The position numbers and the translations under genes are program-made. A stretch of DNA of 30,361 nucleotides from a virus. Lineage: Duplodnaviria > Caudoviricetes. The stretch spans positions 1-30,361 of the IMG/VR virus record IMGVR_UViG_3300025018_000418, one strand, 5' to 3'. The first letter of the stretch is position 1. Each line of letters opens with the position of its first letter. Positions 1 through 8,587 of this stretch are shown here, piece by piece. Under the pieces are notes generated by a model. The model saw only the letters and a program-made list of their open reading frames with translations, had not been told where the DNA came from and ran no database searches.

Positions 1-179
1 CCGCACTCGACGAACCTGGCGTAGAAAAGGGACTGCGATTAGTCACAAAAGAGCAGGAGGTCGATCAGGCTCTCCTCGATGCCGCACGTTTCGTAGAGAA
101 GAACTTCCCGGGTGACATGCAGGCCATGGAAGTCGCCGGAAAGGCGTTTCTTGCTGCCCGCGACCTATCACTCGATTGA
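1..179 (+). CDS. 3' end of a hypothetical protein (truncated by window edge)
   Basis: Frame starting at nt 3 is open to TGA 177-179 (ALDEPGVEKGLRLVTKEQEVDQALLDAARF...DLSLD*). The stop overlaps the ATG of the next gene (TGATG). Confidence 0.6.
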   Translation, partial: ALDEPGVEKGLRLVTKEQEVDQALLDAARFVEKNFPGDMQAMEVAGKAFLAARDLSLD

Positions 180-688
180 TGATGCCGTGGATCGCGTCCG
201 CCCTTGTGTTTGTGGGAGTGTTGGCTATTGGGCACCAGAGTCGATGGGGGTGGCTAGTCAATCTGGTGGGTTCATCACTCTGGCTATGGGTATCCCTGAG
301 TGCGGGGCAGACAGCATTCGTTGTCCTGAACTCAGGATTCATTGTCCTGTCAGCAATCAATTGGATCTTCTGGATACCCCCGCAGCCTAAACTCTTGCGC
401 CGCGTGATCTACTCCGGCAAGTGCTGCCAGATGGCTAGGCGTTTCGACACCGGTATTATTCGAGAGAACCTCGACGAAGCGTGGCCGTGGGAGCAAGGCC
501 CAGACCACGCCCTTGACTGGAGGCCGACCATGCCAGAAGACATGGTCTACGCCCCCCTGAATGAAAACGGGAAGGCAAGACCGAGTCTTCTACCGACACC
601 GCTCCGAACAGTTCTCCTGATCCCATATTACTGTCCGTGGTGCGGGGCAGACATTAGAGAAGCCGTCATCAAGCGCAATCACAGGTAA
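179..688 (+). CDS. Membrane protein: N-terminal ~3-TM PnuC-like domain fused to a C-terminal Cys-rich (CC...YCPWCG) putative zinc-binding domain
   Basis: Hydrophobic Trp-rich N-terminus (WIASALVFVGVLAI...WGWLVNLVGSSLWLW...INWIFW), then CCQM and YYCPWCG. ATG at 179 is coupled to the upstream stop. Confidence 0.55.
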   Translation: MMPWIASALVFVGVLAIGHQSRWGWLVNLVGSSLWLWVSLSAGQTAFVVLNSGFIVLSAINWIFWIPPQPKLLRRVIYSGKCCQMARRFDTGIIRENLDEAWPWEQGPDHALDWRPTMPEDMVYAPLNENGKARPSLLPTPLRTVLLIPYYCPWCGADIREAVIKRNHR

Positions 689-710
689 TGGTTAAAAGTA
701 GCCATGACGT

Positions 711-718
711 GATATAAT
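711..718 (+). promoter_or_regulatory. Extended -10 promoter element (T)GATATAAT, probably a leaderless start for terS
   Basis: TGnTATAAT lies 7 nt before GTG 726 with no clear Shine-Dalgarno. The same motif recurs in most intergenic gaps. Confidence 0.55.
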
Positions 719-725
719 TCAAGGC

Positions 726-1391
726 GTGGATGACACTTATGACATCAACATCTCTGAATTCGTTGAAATACGGCCAGAAGAGGCTGATGCTCTGATAGAC
801 CTGCTGTTCCAGCAGGAAAAGCTCAAAGCACAACAGCGCATTGTGACTATCGTGCGAGAGCGTTCACCTTTACCTCTCCATAACCCGTCCCAGCTTTCTG
901 TCTATGAAGATGATTTTCTACGACGGGAATTATTCATTGCCGACGTGGCCAAACGTCTAACTTTGGACGGGACTGTTCACACTCTCGATTATATTCGGCG
1001 TACTTTCCGCTTTTCGAGAAAGATAGCACATGCCATTGTACGCGAAGCACAACAAGAGATTCACTCTAAACTGCAAGGAGAAACAGACCTAGCTCGTAGC
1101 GTCGCGATCAACAGACTAGAGAGCATCATGCGACGTGCGAAGGATGCTTGCGATCTTTCCAACGAAATCAAAGCCTTCAAGGAATATGCTCGTATCCTAG
1201 GAATCTATCCGACTGAAGAAGGAGGTCTGGGAGATCTAGCAAAGGTGTTGAGAACAATAGCTAGATCTGAAGGACCAGATCCGACACAAGTAGTCGAAAT
1301 GACCGATGACAAAGAGGAAGGACAGGAACTCATTGAATGGAGTGCTCCAGAACAGTTCGAAGAACTAGAGGAGACAATTTCTGATGATTAA
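726..1391 (+). CDS. terS: Putative terminase small subunit
   Basis: Helical 221-aa protein immediately upstream of and overlapping terL. The segment AIN(R)LESIMRRAKDACDLSNEIKAFKEYARILGIY resembles TerS oligomerisation helices. Confidence 0.6.
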   Translation: MDDTYDINISEFVEIRPEEADALIDLLFQQEKLKAQQRIVTIVRERSPLPLHNPSQLSVYEDDFLRRELFIADVAKRLTLDGTVHTLDYIRRTFRFSRKIAHAIVREAQQEIHSKLQGETDLARSVAINRLESIMRRAKDACDLSNEIKAFKEYARILGIYPTEEGGLGDLAKVLRTIARSEGPDPTQVVEMTDDKEEGQELIEWSAPEQFEELEETISDD

Positions 1392-2799
1392 CTTGAAGAC
1401 ATACAAACGAGTATTTCATCACTTGCGAAACGATATCTACAAGTTTGGTACTGCATTCGGATTTCCTGAGCCGTCTCATCATCAGCGCAAGGTACTTGAC
1501 GATATACAAGGTAATCTCGGTAATCCTACATTCATTGCTGTTAAGTCAGGCCAGGGAGTCGGAAAAACCTTAGTAGAAACGTGGATCGCCGCATTTCGTG
1601 CGTTCCGTTCTTTCATGGCACCGACCTATGTAACAGCACCTACGATGCGACAGGTCAAGGATGTATTCATCAAGGAACTTGCGTTACATCTTGAAAAAGC
1701 AGACCCGTCTTTACGCCGCATCTGGGATATTCAGACACAGCGCGCCTCTTTGTTCGGTTTCCGCGACTGGGGCGTTATTGGGCTGTCTGCTGCCCGTAAC
1801 GAAAACATTGCAGGTCTGCACCATGAAAGTATGAGTTTCATCGTGGATGAAGGTTCTGGCATCGAACCCGAGATCATGGAGACGATTTTCGGTACTTTAA
1901 CGAACCACGATCGTTTGTTTCTGACGTGTGGTAACCCGACACGTCGAGATGGACCGTTCTACGAGTTCTTCCATAAACAACGTTCAACATTCTTGTCACT
2001 ACACACGTTCAACTGTGAAGAAGCGCCAGACTACATTGTGGATAAGACAAACCTAAGTCGAATGGAAGACTTATATGGAAGAGACTCCGATGTATACCGA
2101 GTTCGTGTTCTCGGCGAGTTTCCGACGCAGGATCCGAATTCTGTCATGAATTCGGATGATCTCGAGAAGTGTGCGAACCTCGATGTTGCTACGGCTATGA
2201 TGAACTTCAAGAAGTTCGCACCTGCTGGTATGCAGTCTAAACAGTTCGGGATCGACTTCGCGCGCTTTGGATCGGACCGCAGCGTGATCTACCGCCGTTC
2301 TGGCCTTGCTGTGGTCGGTAGCGCGGTATTTTCCAAAACCGAGCCGGATGTTGTGGTGGCAAAATCATTCGAGATGCAAAAGAGCGCGAAGTGGAGCGAC
2401 AATGAGACCTTCTATGTGGCTGACGCGGGCGGCATGGGACAAGGCGTCATGCATATCTTTCATCGGCGGGGTAAGCAGATATTGGAGTTCCAAAATCAAA
2501 GCCGAGCCCGTGCATCAAAGGAGTATTTTGATCGTGTCACAGAGGCATACTTCTCATTAGGAGAATTGGTGAAGCAACATGCTGTTTCGATTCCCAACGA
2601 CAGCAACCTGATTCGCGAACTCTCTACGCGGCAATATCATATCGCATCCGGACGATCCGGAGGAGGTCGCATTAAACTGGAGAGCAAGGAAGATTTCAAG
2701 CATCGAGGGATTAACGATAGCAGTCCCGATCACGCAGACGCCATCGTTCTTGCGTTTTACCCGCATGCTACTGCTGGTGCGCGCGTTGCAGTGAGATAA
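1384..2799 (+). CDS. terL: Terminase large subunit
   Basis: Walker A AVKSGQGVGKT, TAPT motif, Walker B FIVDEG, coupling motif CGNP, nuclease motifs GIDFARFGSD and SPDHADA. Confidence 0.95.
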   Translation: MINLKTYKRVFHHLRNDIYKFGTAFGFPEPSHHQRKVLDDIQGNLGNPTFIAVKSGQGVGKTLVETWIAAFRAFRSFMAPTYVTAPTMRQVKDVFIKELALHLEKADPSLRRIWDIQTQRASLFGFRDWGVIGLSAARNENIAGLHHESMSFIVDEGSGIEPEIMETIFGTLTNHDRLFLTCGNPTRRDGPFYEFFHKQRSTFLSLHTFNCEEAPDYIVDKTNLSRMEDLYGRDSDVYRVRVLGEFPTQDPNSVMNSDDLEKCANLDVATAMMNFKKFAPAGMQSKQFGIDFARFGSDRSVIYRRSGLAVVGSAVFSKTEPDVVVAKSFEMQKSAKWSDNETFYVADAGGMGQGVMHIFHRRGKQILEFQNQSRARASKEYFDRVTEAYFSLGELVKQHAVSIPNDSNLIRELSTRQYHIASGRSGGGRIKLESKEDFKHRGINDSSPDHADAIVLAFYPHATAGARVAVR

Positions 2800-2801
2800 A
2801 C

Positions 2802-2993
2802 ATGGATTGTTCGAAAAAGAACTGTAAGGGCAAGATGCATGTCTACCGTACTATGGCAGGCAAGGGTTTTGCTACACAAGAACGCTACTGTACGTCCTGC
2901 GGTGCTACAAAGACGTATTCAATTATCGAGTACGAGGAGAATATAGACGCTCGTACGCTCGCGAAACGTCTGAAGGATCGGCTAGGGGACTAG
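2802..2993 (+). CDS. Small zinc-ribbon protein (Ogr/Delta- or NrdR-N-like), possible transcription regulator
   Basis: 63 aa with CxxxxC...RYCxxCG...TY pattern, starting 2 nt after the terL stop. Confidence 0.55.
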   Translation: MDCSKKNCKGKMHVYRTMAGKGFATQERYCTSCGATKTYSIIEYEENIDARTLAKRLKDRLGD

Positions 2994-3539
2994 TCACACA
3001 CGCACAAGTTGCTTGATGACGGACAGGCGAAAGGCATCTGGCATGTCTCTATGCACCAGGGCATTGAAGGCATCCTGAGAGCGAGCATTGCCGCCTTGAG
3101 CAAAGTAGCTACGAAGACCTCTGATGAAGAAAGGCTTCCCTGCAACAGATTCGCCAGATCGAGGAGAAGTGCGTGCGATGACTGCTCGCCCAGATTCGAT
3201 ATCCGCTCGGAGTCTCTCCAAAGAAATACCAGATTGTCGTAGGGAGCGAATCTGGCTCTTCCTGACTGGAAAGTCTCCACCGTGGCGAGGGTCATCTTTA
3301 GGGTTTTTGTACCAGACAAGGAATCCTCCAGGACGCGAAGAGCGAACAGGACCTCGACCATCATGATAGAACACAGCCCAATAGTGGGGCACTCCGATCC
3401 ACCACCGTCCACCTTCGAAGGTAACGCGCAAGGCATCCTTTAGAGTGCGCGACGGTGTGAAACGACGAACCTTTTCCTTCGCGTCGTTCGCGATAACGCG
3501 GGAAACGGTCCTCTTGATTTCCTCAAGAGTGAGAACCAT
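2994..3539 (-). CDS. Putative virion morphogenesis/neck protein (HK97 gp10-like)
   Basis: Basic 181-aa protein with HYWAVFYHDGRG and KPFFIRGL motifs. Its start overlaps the portal stop at 3539. Confidence 0.55.
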   Translation of the reverse strand: MVLTLEEIKRTVSRVIANDAKEKVRRFTPSRTLKDALRVTFEGGRWWIGVPHYWAVFYHDGRGPVRSSRPGGFLVWYKNPKDDPRHGGDFPVRKSQIRSLRQSGISLERLRADIESGRAVIARTSPRSGESVAGKPFFIRGLRSYFAQGGNARSQDAFNALVHRDMPDAFRLSVIKQLVRV

Positions 3540-4981
3540 TACAGGTCCTGTACAGGAGCCACAATGCCCATCGCTTTCGAGATGATGGAGTCTACGATCT
3601 CGTTGCCTAGAGTCTCACGCGCCTTAGCAATACGCGTCTCGAACTTCTTCAAAGCGGCCGCTTGACGTTCCTGTGGAGTCTCCTCTTGGGCCGATCCTGG
3701 GATGTCCTTGCGAGTGCCGATTTCCTTGTTTGGCTCGGTAGGAGATGACGACATCTCAACCCGAGCAGTCGGAATAGTGTCGGTGATAGTATTGAACTCG
3801 AAAGGTTCTGGACCAGAGAGGCCAAGCACTCCCGAGTCACTACCGAGCGTAACACCGAGGCCCTTCTGCAAAACTTTCTGAGCGGGACCGATGACTAGGC
3901 CCTGAAACAGCCACATGGCGTTAACGTGTTCGTTGTTTGCTCCAAGTTTGCCCGGAATCTGGATGCCTGTAATGATGGGAGGTACGCGGTGTGCTGTGAC
4001 GATGCGGACGGCGACGGTGTCTAACATGTTCTGGAACCATCCATCAGCCATCTCTACACCGAGCTTCTGAACGACCGCTTGTACATTCTCATCAGGAATA
4101 TTGATCGCTACGGTACTGTGACCGTTTCCGATTCCTGTTGCTCCCTTGAGAGCGGGAACGATCTCCTTATCCCAGACTTCGCCGAGGTCCGCTCCTGAGA
4201 GGATAAAGATGAACTCGGGGACACCGTTGTTGAGAAAGAAGTCGTAGTTGTACTGGCTGATGCATTGAGCCAGTTCTATCTGAGAGACGGCAGCCAACCA
4301 ATCAGGCACTCCATACCAGCGATTCAACGCGCTTGGACGACGAATATGGATAATCTCCGAAATGCTGTCCTGGTCTTGAAGATCCCTGCTGAGCAAGATC
4401 TTACGCTCTAGCATTTCTTTCTTCTTCCCAAAAGCAGCAGCTACGGTTTCGGAGCCGCTCTCCGTGCGAACGCGATAGTGGAAGTTGAGCGTTTTCCCGT
4501 CCTCGACGTAGATATGTACGTCTTCTGCCGCGACATGGAAGATACCAACGATCGTTTCTCCGTCTCGCACGACTTCGATGAAGCAGTTACCAACCGTATG
4601 GTAGTCTTCAGCAGCAGCAGTAATGACATCTTGGACGGTCGTTTCGCTGAGGGGGTCGAGTTTAGCTTCAGTCGCCGCATCCTTGAAGCCGAGTCCAACA
4701 GTGGCGCTGATCTTAGCCTCGATACAGGACGAATGATGAGGGTCTGAACTCTTGAAACGCTTCGTTGCAGCCCAGTCGAATGGATGAGGCACAATCCCCG
4801 AGTTGACTGTACGATTAGAGATATTCTGGGAGTTTTCGATTGCCTTGTGTAGGTAAATACTCCAAGAAATACCGCCGGAGGGCTTCTCGAACATCGCCAT
4901 ATGTTGGCGGTTTCCAATAGTCACGCGACGAGCGCCGACATACTTTTCAGACTCGTCCGGCGATTTTCTGTTATTATTCAT
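3539..4981 (-). CDS. Phage portal protein (PBSX-like family)
   Basis: HHSSCIEAKISATVGLG, GNCFIEVVR, EIIHIR...WYGVPDW, YNYDFFLNNGVP, IVTAHRVPP...G motifs. SD AGGAGG at 4988-4993 on the minus strand. Confidence 0.9.
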   Translation of the reverse strand: MNNNRKSPDESEKYVGARRVTIGNRQHMAMFEKPSGGISWSIYLHKAIENSQNISNRTVNSGIVPHPFDWAATKRFKSSDPHHSSCIEAKISATVGLGFKDAATEAKLDPLSETTVQDVITAAAEDYHTVGNCFIEVVRDGETIVGIFHVAAEDVHIYVEDGKTLNFHYRVRTESGSETVAAAFGKKKEMLERKILLSRDLQDQDSISEIIHIRRPSALNRWYGVPDWLAAVSQIELAQCISQYNYDFFLNNGVPEFIFILSGADLGEVWDKEIVPALKGATGIGNGHSTVAINIPDENVQAVVQKLGVEMADGWFQNMLDTVAVRIVTAHRVPPIITGIQIPGKLGANNEHVNAMWLFQGLVIGPAQKVLQKGLGVTLGSDSGVLGLSGPEPFEFNTITDTIPTARVEMSSSPTEPNKEIGTRKDIPGSAQEETPQERQAAALKKFETRIAKARETLGNEIVDSIISKAMGIVAPVQDL

Positions 4982-4999
4982 GCAGGTCCTCCTACCAGA

Positions 5000-5007
5000 A
5001 TTTTAAC
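5000..5007 (-). promoter_or_regulatory. -10 element GTTAAAAT for the inverted portal operon
   Basis: Minus strand reads GTTAAAAT-tctggt-AGGAGG-acctgc-ATG. Confidence 0.5.
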
Positions 5008-5052
5008 TCGAAAAAGCCGAGGATCCAAAGGACTGTAGGATAGAGAGTATCT

Positions 5053-6306
5053 ATGCCCACTCAAAAGAAGCGAGAAATCCTCGACGCCGATATCCGATTC
5101 ATCAGCTTGTGTCCTCGCGGCAAGAATGGGTTCATGACCCTATTTAAGGCTGACACGGCAGAAGTACATTTCGTAGGTCTGACGAAGGAGTTGCCTGACT
5201 TTGACGAGAAGGGTGAACTACTCGCTGTCGTTTGGGCACCGAATATCCCCGACTCAGATGGGGACTTCGCCAGCGCAGATGTCATCGAAAAGATGGCTCA
5301 CTCGTACATGAAGAACGCAGCTAAGGTTGACATTGTTCATGATTGCCAAGAGCTTTCGAAGGACGCTGCTCACGTTACGGAATCCTTCATCATCCAAAAG
5401 AGCGATGAACGCTTCCTGGACTGGCCTGGCTACGACGGTAGTCCTATGGACGTGACCGGCGGCTGGGCGGTGAAGATGCAGATCAACTCTCCTGAGCTTC
5501 GCAAAGCGTATCGCGACGGCGAATGGCAGGGTGTTTCTCTGTATGGCCCCGCCAAGGTACGTACTGATGTAACTAAAGCAGACGCTATGCGCGAAGTCAT
5601 TGTCGCGAAGAATGTGCGACTTAGCAATGCATTGCGTGCTTGGTTCGAGAAGGACGGCAATCTTGATGCCGTAGAACTAAGTGCCTTCCGCGCGTTCGAC
5701 CGACCGGAACTCATTATTCAATTGACGCAAAGAATGACGGCTTCTATGGGCGCAGAGCCCGAGACCGCTATGGTCTTGGCCGCCAAGATCGCCAACGATA
5801 CCTTAAATCAGCACCCGTCCGAGGAGGAAATCATGAACGAAGAGCAGGTCAAGGAAGCTATTGCAAAGGCGATCGAGGAAGCTACCTCTCCGTTGCTTGC
5901 AGAGATCGAGGCCCTGAAGAAGGCGGCAGAAGTCGAAATCGTTACTAGTGACGAGACGGTCGACGAAGAAGTCTTGCTCGCCAGGGCAGAAGAACAGCTT
6001 GATTCCGAGCAGAAGAGCGATGAGGAACTTCTGAAGGAAGCGGCTGAGACGGAGATCGCTGATCTCCGTAAGTCGGTAGACTTCAAGGACGCTGAGCAGA
6101 TCCGAGCGTTCGTGGCCAAGCGCCGCGAAATCAATGCGGATCTTGCCAAGGCGCTTGGCGAGGAGTGCAAGTCGGGAGGCAAGCCTCGCCGCAATATCTC
6201 GCCGAAGGTGAGCACTGAAGATACCGAGGAAGCGCTGTTTGAGAAGGCGCGTCAGCATGGTAAGAATCTTGCTGCATATCTTAATGCGAAGCAGGGTGCG
6301 AAGTAA
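5053..6306 (+). CDS. XkdF-like prohead protease fused to a C-terminal scaffold
   Basis: ISLCPRGKN, VVWAPNIPDSDGDFAS..IEKMAHSYM, DIVHD, ESFI, GGWAVKM, GEWQGVSLYG, followed by an acidic coiled-coil C-terminus. Confidence 0.85.
   Translation: MPTQKKREILDADIRFISLCPRGKNGFMTLFKADTAEVHFVGLTKELPDFDEKGELLAVVWAPNIPDSDGDFASADVIEKMAHSYMKNAAKVDIVHDCQELSKDAAHVTESFIIQKSDERFLDWPGYDGSPMDVTGGWAVKMQINSPELRKAYRDGEWQGVSLYGPAKVRTDVTKADAMREVIVAKNVRLSNALRAWFEKDGNLDAVELSAFRAFDRPELIIQLTQRMTASMGAEPETAMVLAAKIANDTLNQHPSEEEIMNEEQVKEAIAKAIEEATSPLLAEIEALKKAAEVEIVTSDETVDEEVLLARAEEQLDSEQKSDEELLKEAAETEIADLRKSVDFKDAEQIRAFVAKRREINADLAKALGEECKSGGKPRRNISPKVSTEDTEEALFEKARQHGKNLAAYLNAKQGAK
5833..6306 (+). CDS. Probable nested in-frame scaffolding protein (internal start)
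   Basis: Strong SD GAGGAGG (5821-5827) 5 nt before in-frame ATG 5833, at the start of the acidic helical segment MNEEQVKEAIAKAIEEA. Confidence 0.6.
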   Translation: MNEEQVKEAIAKAIEEATSPLLAEIEALKKAAEVEIVTSDETVDEEVLLARAEEQLDSEQKSDEELLKEAAETEIADLRKSVDFKDAEQIRAFVAKRREINADLAKALGEECKSGGKPRRNISPKVSTEDTEEALFEKARQHGKNLAAYLNAKQGAK

Positions 6307-6329
6307 TTTAACGAACATTACCACTATCA

Positions 6330-6337
6330 GGTACAAT
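6330..6337 (+). promoter_or_regulatory. -10 element GGTACAAT upstream of decoration/capsid genes
   Basis: Recurring GnTAnAAT motif in the intergenic gap, followed by SD AGGAG. Confidence 0.5.
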
Positions 6338-6366
6338 CAAGACTGATTCTCTAGGAGAAAAACTCA

Positions 6367-6771
6367 ATGGTACTACACAAGACTCCTATGATCGCCGACC
6401 GAGTTGAAGGCCAGCGTCTGCGTCTTATCCCCACGTACACGATTTCGGCGATCTTTGCATCCGGCGCACTTAAGGAGTTGCCGCAGGGAACTGTCGTGAC
6501 GTTTAACACGGCTACGAATCTGTGGCAAGAATGGGCTACTGGCGGGCTGAACGGCACGGGACTCGTCAAGGGCATCGTTATGAACGACAAAACTGATCCG
6601 CTGGTGCTGCAAGTCGCAGACACTGTAGTCGGCACTGTCATGCTGTCGGGTGAGGCCCACCGAGACGACCTCGTCTCTGACGGAGGTACTTCTGCACAGC
6701 TTGATGCGGCGCTACAGAGCGACGCTCGTGACGCAGGCATCATCGTTCGTAGCCTGGAGAAGATCCGCTAA
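6367..6771 (+). CDS. Head decoration protein (lambda gpD-like)
   Basis: 134 aa located between scaffold and MCP. ELPQGTVV...GIV...VMLSGEAHRDDL...L...GI.VR pattern. Confidence 0.75.
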   Translation: MVLHKTPMIADRVEGQRLRLIPTYTISAIFASGALKELPQGTVVTFNTATNLWQEWATGGLNGTGLVKGIVMNDKTDPLVLQVADTVVGTVMLSGEAHRDDLVSDGGTSAQLDAALQSDARDAGIIVRSLEKIR

Positions 6772-6800
6772 CCAGAAACAGAATCTAAGGAGCATAAAGA

Positions 6801-7862
6801 ATGCCTACCCTCGTCCCCGAACTGTCTTGGCAGTCTCTTACTGAGACGATCAATGACATCAAGGATCCCCAGTCTTTTGTTCGTCAGCTTCTCTTCCGCC
6901 AGGAAAACACTCACTCCACGGAAACGCTGGAGATCGGCAAGTGGTTTGCCGGTCGCAAGATGGTGCCCTTTGTGCGAAAGAACTCTGTCGCTTATCCGGT
7001 CGCAGGAGTCAGCAAGAGCTTCCGCGTGATCGAAGCTCCGAACATTAGAGTCAAGCTCAGTTTCAAGCCGAGTCCTCTTCTTTTCGGACGTACGCCGGGC
7101 ACTCCTGTCTTTGTGCCTTCTGGCGCGAACATTAGCCCGGTACAAGAACACATCGCGCTGGATATGCAGCATATGGCCGACCAGATCGCGAACCGCGTAG
7201 AGTGGATGGTGTGTCGGGCTCTCACTGGCGTCATCTCGTATGATCAAGACGACAGCATCGAGGCCGATGCTTTCGAGTTCGATTTTGCTCGAGATGCCGC
7301 CAACACGATCGTGCTGGCGGGCGTTGACCTGTGGAACACTACCACGGGGAACATCGCGCAGAACACGCGAGATGCCAAGCGGCTGGCGAATGATGCAGTT
7401 GGCGTCCGTATCACGGATGCAATTCTGGGGAAGACCGCAGCCAATGCCTTCCTAGATAACCAGAAGGTTCGCGACATTCTTAACCGCCGTAATGCGGAGC
7501 AGGACACGCCGCAGATTCTTGGCGGGGATTTCGACGGACAGGGTGCCTACTTCCTTGGCCGTGTCTTCGGCCTGAACTGGTGGGAGTATGCCCGCGAAGT
7601 GGACGACCAGGCTGGCGTGCCTGTCAATCTAGTTGCTGATGATCAGGCGTTTTTTGTCTCGCAGGATCCGCGTGCGGGCTTTAGCATCGAGTATGGTGCG
7701 ATCCCCGACATGGATGCCTTCGACCAGGGTCTTATCCGATCCAAGCGATTCTCCAAGTCTTGGATCGAGAAAGACCCGAGCGCGACCATCGCCCTAGCTC
7801 ATAGTCGTCCGTTCCCTGTGATGCGCCGCCCTGAGGCGGTCGTCCAGATGACTGTCGTCTAA
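6801..7862 (+). CDS. Major capsid protein (lambda gpE-like family)
   Basis: 353 aa with MVPFV, RVEWMVCRAL.G.I, YGAI, FSKSWIEKDPS...AHSRPFPV motifs. SD AAGGAG. Confidence 0.92.
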   Translation: MPTLVPELSWQSLTETINDIKDPQSFVRQLLFRQENTHSTETLEIGKWFAGRKMVPFVRKNSVAYPVAGVSKSFRVIEAPNIRVKLSFKPSPLLFGRTPGTPVFVPSGANISPVQEHIALDMQHMADQIANRVEWMVCRALTGVISYDQDDSIEADAFEFDFARDAANTIVLAGVDLWNTTTGNIAQNTRDAKRLANDAVGVRITDAILGKTAANAFLDNQKVRDILNRRNAEQDTPQILGGDFDGQGAYFLGRVFGLNWWEYAREVDDQAGVPVNLVADDQAFFVSQDPRAGFSIEYGAIPDMDAFDQGLIRSKRFSKSWIEKDPSATIALAHSRPFPVMRRPEAVVQMTVV

Positions 7863-7863
7863 G

Positions 7864-7920
7864 GTTATAATCCCGTACACTAAAGGCCGGGTAGGACATT
7901 CCTGCTCGGCCTAGTGTATG
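7864..7920 (+). promoter_or_regulatory. -10 element GTTATAAT (7864-7871) followed by a long RNA hairpin (7874-7920)
   Basis: cgtacacta-aa-ggccgggtagga/cat/tcctgctcggcc-tagtgtatg pairs with G-U wobbles on the + strand. There is no U-tract. Confidence 0.55.
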
Positions 7921-7947
7921 AACTTGAGAACAAGGAGAAGCTGAACC

Positions 7948-8568
7948 ATGCAGTATAAGACAGCTGTTAATCTGTCTCTGACGGGTAAGATGCATAAACC
8001 CGGCAGTGTCGTCAGTCAAGAGGCTCTCATCTCTGCTGGATGTACGTCCGAGCAGATTTCCAACATGCAGAAGAAGGGTCAGATCGTCGCACTTGCTGCG
8101 CAGGTACATCCAGACGAGATTCGGCGCAGCAATGGCATTTCTAGAGCAAGCGAAGCTCAGATGCAATCCCCTAGTTCGTTCGATGCGCCGCGATCGCTCG
8201 GAGGCCCGGAAACCATTATCTCCCTGACGGAAGATCTGAAGCCATCAAAAGCTAAGACGGATGGTTTCCTGCCCGCAGACCTAAAAAGCACTGACCTCGA
8301 CGCACTTGTCGTGAGCGCCTTGGAGCGAGTGCCTGACGAGGCTGTCGCGGAGATGAGCGAGTATTTTGCATCGGAAGGCCGTAATGCTGTTGTGATGTTC
8401 CTCTGCTTCGACGACGATGAGCGTAGTTTGATGGTGCGCGCTGTGCTCGAAGAAACGATGGAGCGAGAGGCCGAAATTCTTGCAGATAAGGTCAAGAAGA
8501 ATACCAAGCCTCCGTCTCAGCAGAACATGCTCGGCGATGCAGGCTACAACAATACGCAGAGACTGTAG
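7948..8568 (+). CDS. Hypothetical protein in the head-neck region
   Basis: 206-aa ORF with SD AAGGAG, located directly after the MCP. Confidence 0.7.
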   Translation: MQYKTAVNLSLTGKMHKPGSVVSQEALISAGCTSEQISNMQKKGQIVALAAQVHPDEIRRSNGISRASEAQMQSPSSFDAPRSLGGPETIISLTEDLKPSKAKTDGFLPADLKSTDLDALVVSALERVPDEAVAEMSEYFASEGRNAVVMFLCFDDDERSLMVRAVLEETMEREAEILADKVKKNTKPPSQQNMLGDAGYNNTQRL

Positions 8569-8587
8569 CGGCTAGGATATTTACCTG

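Noticed and set aside
726-1391. Apparent abundance of CTAG tetramers
   Set aside because: I noticed this by eye only (about six in terS) and cannot establish significance without a genome-wide k-mer count.
2975-5052. Recombinase-driven invertible segment around the portal
   Set aside because: Only a weak similarity (gtcccctagcc versus gtcctcctacc) was found at the junctions, and there is no invertase in the window.
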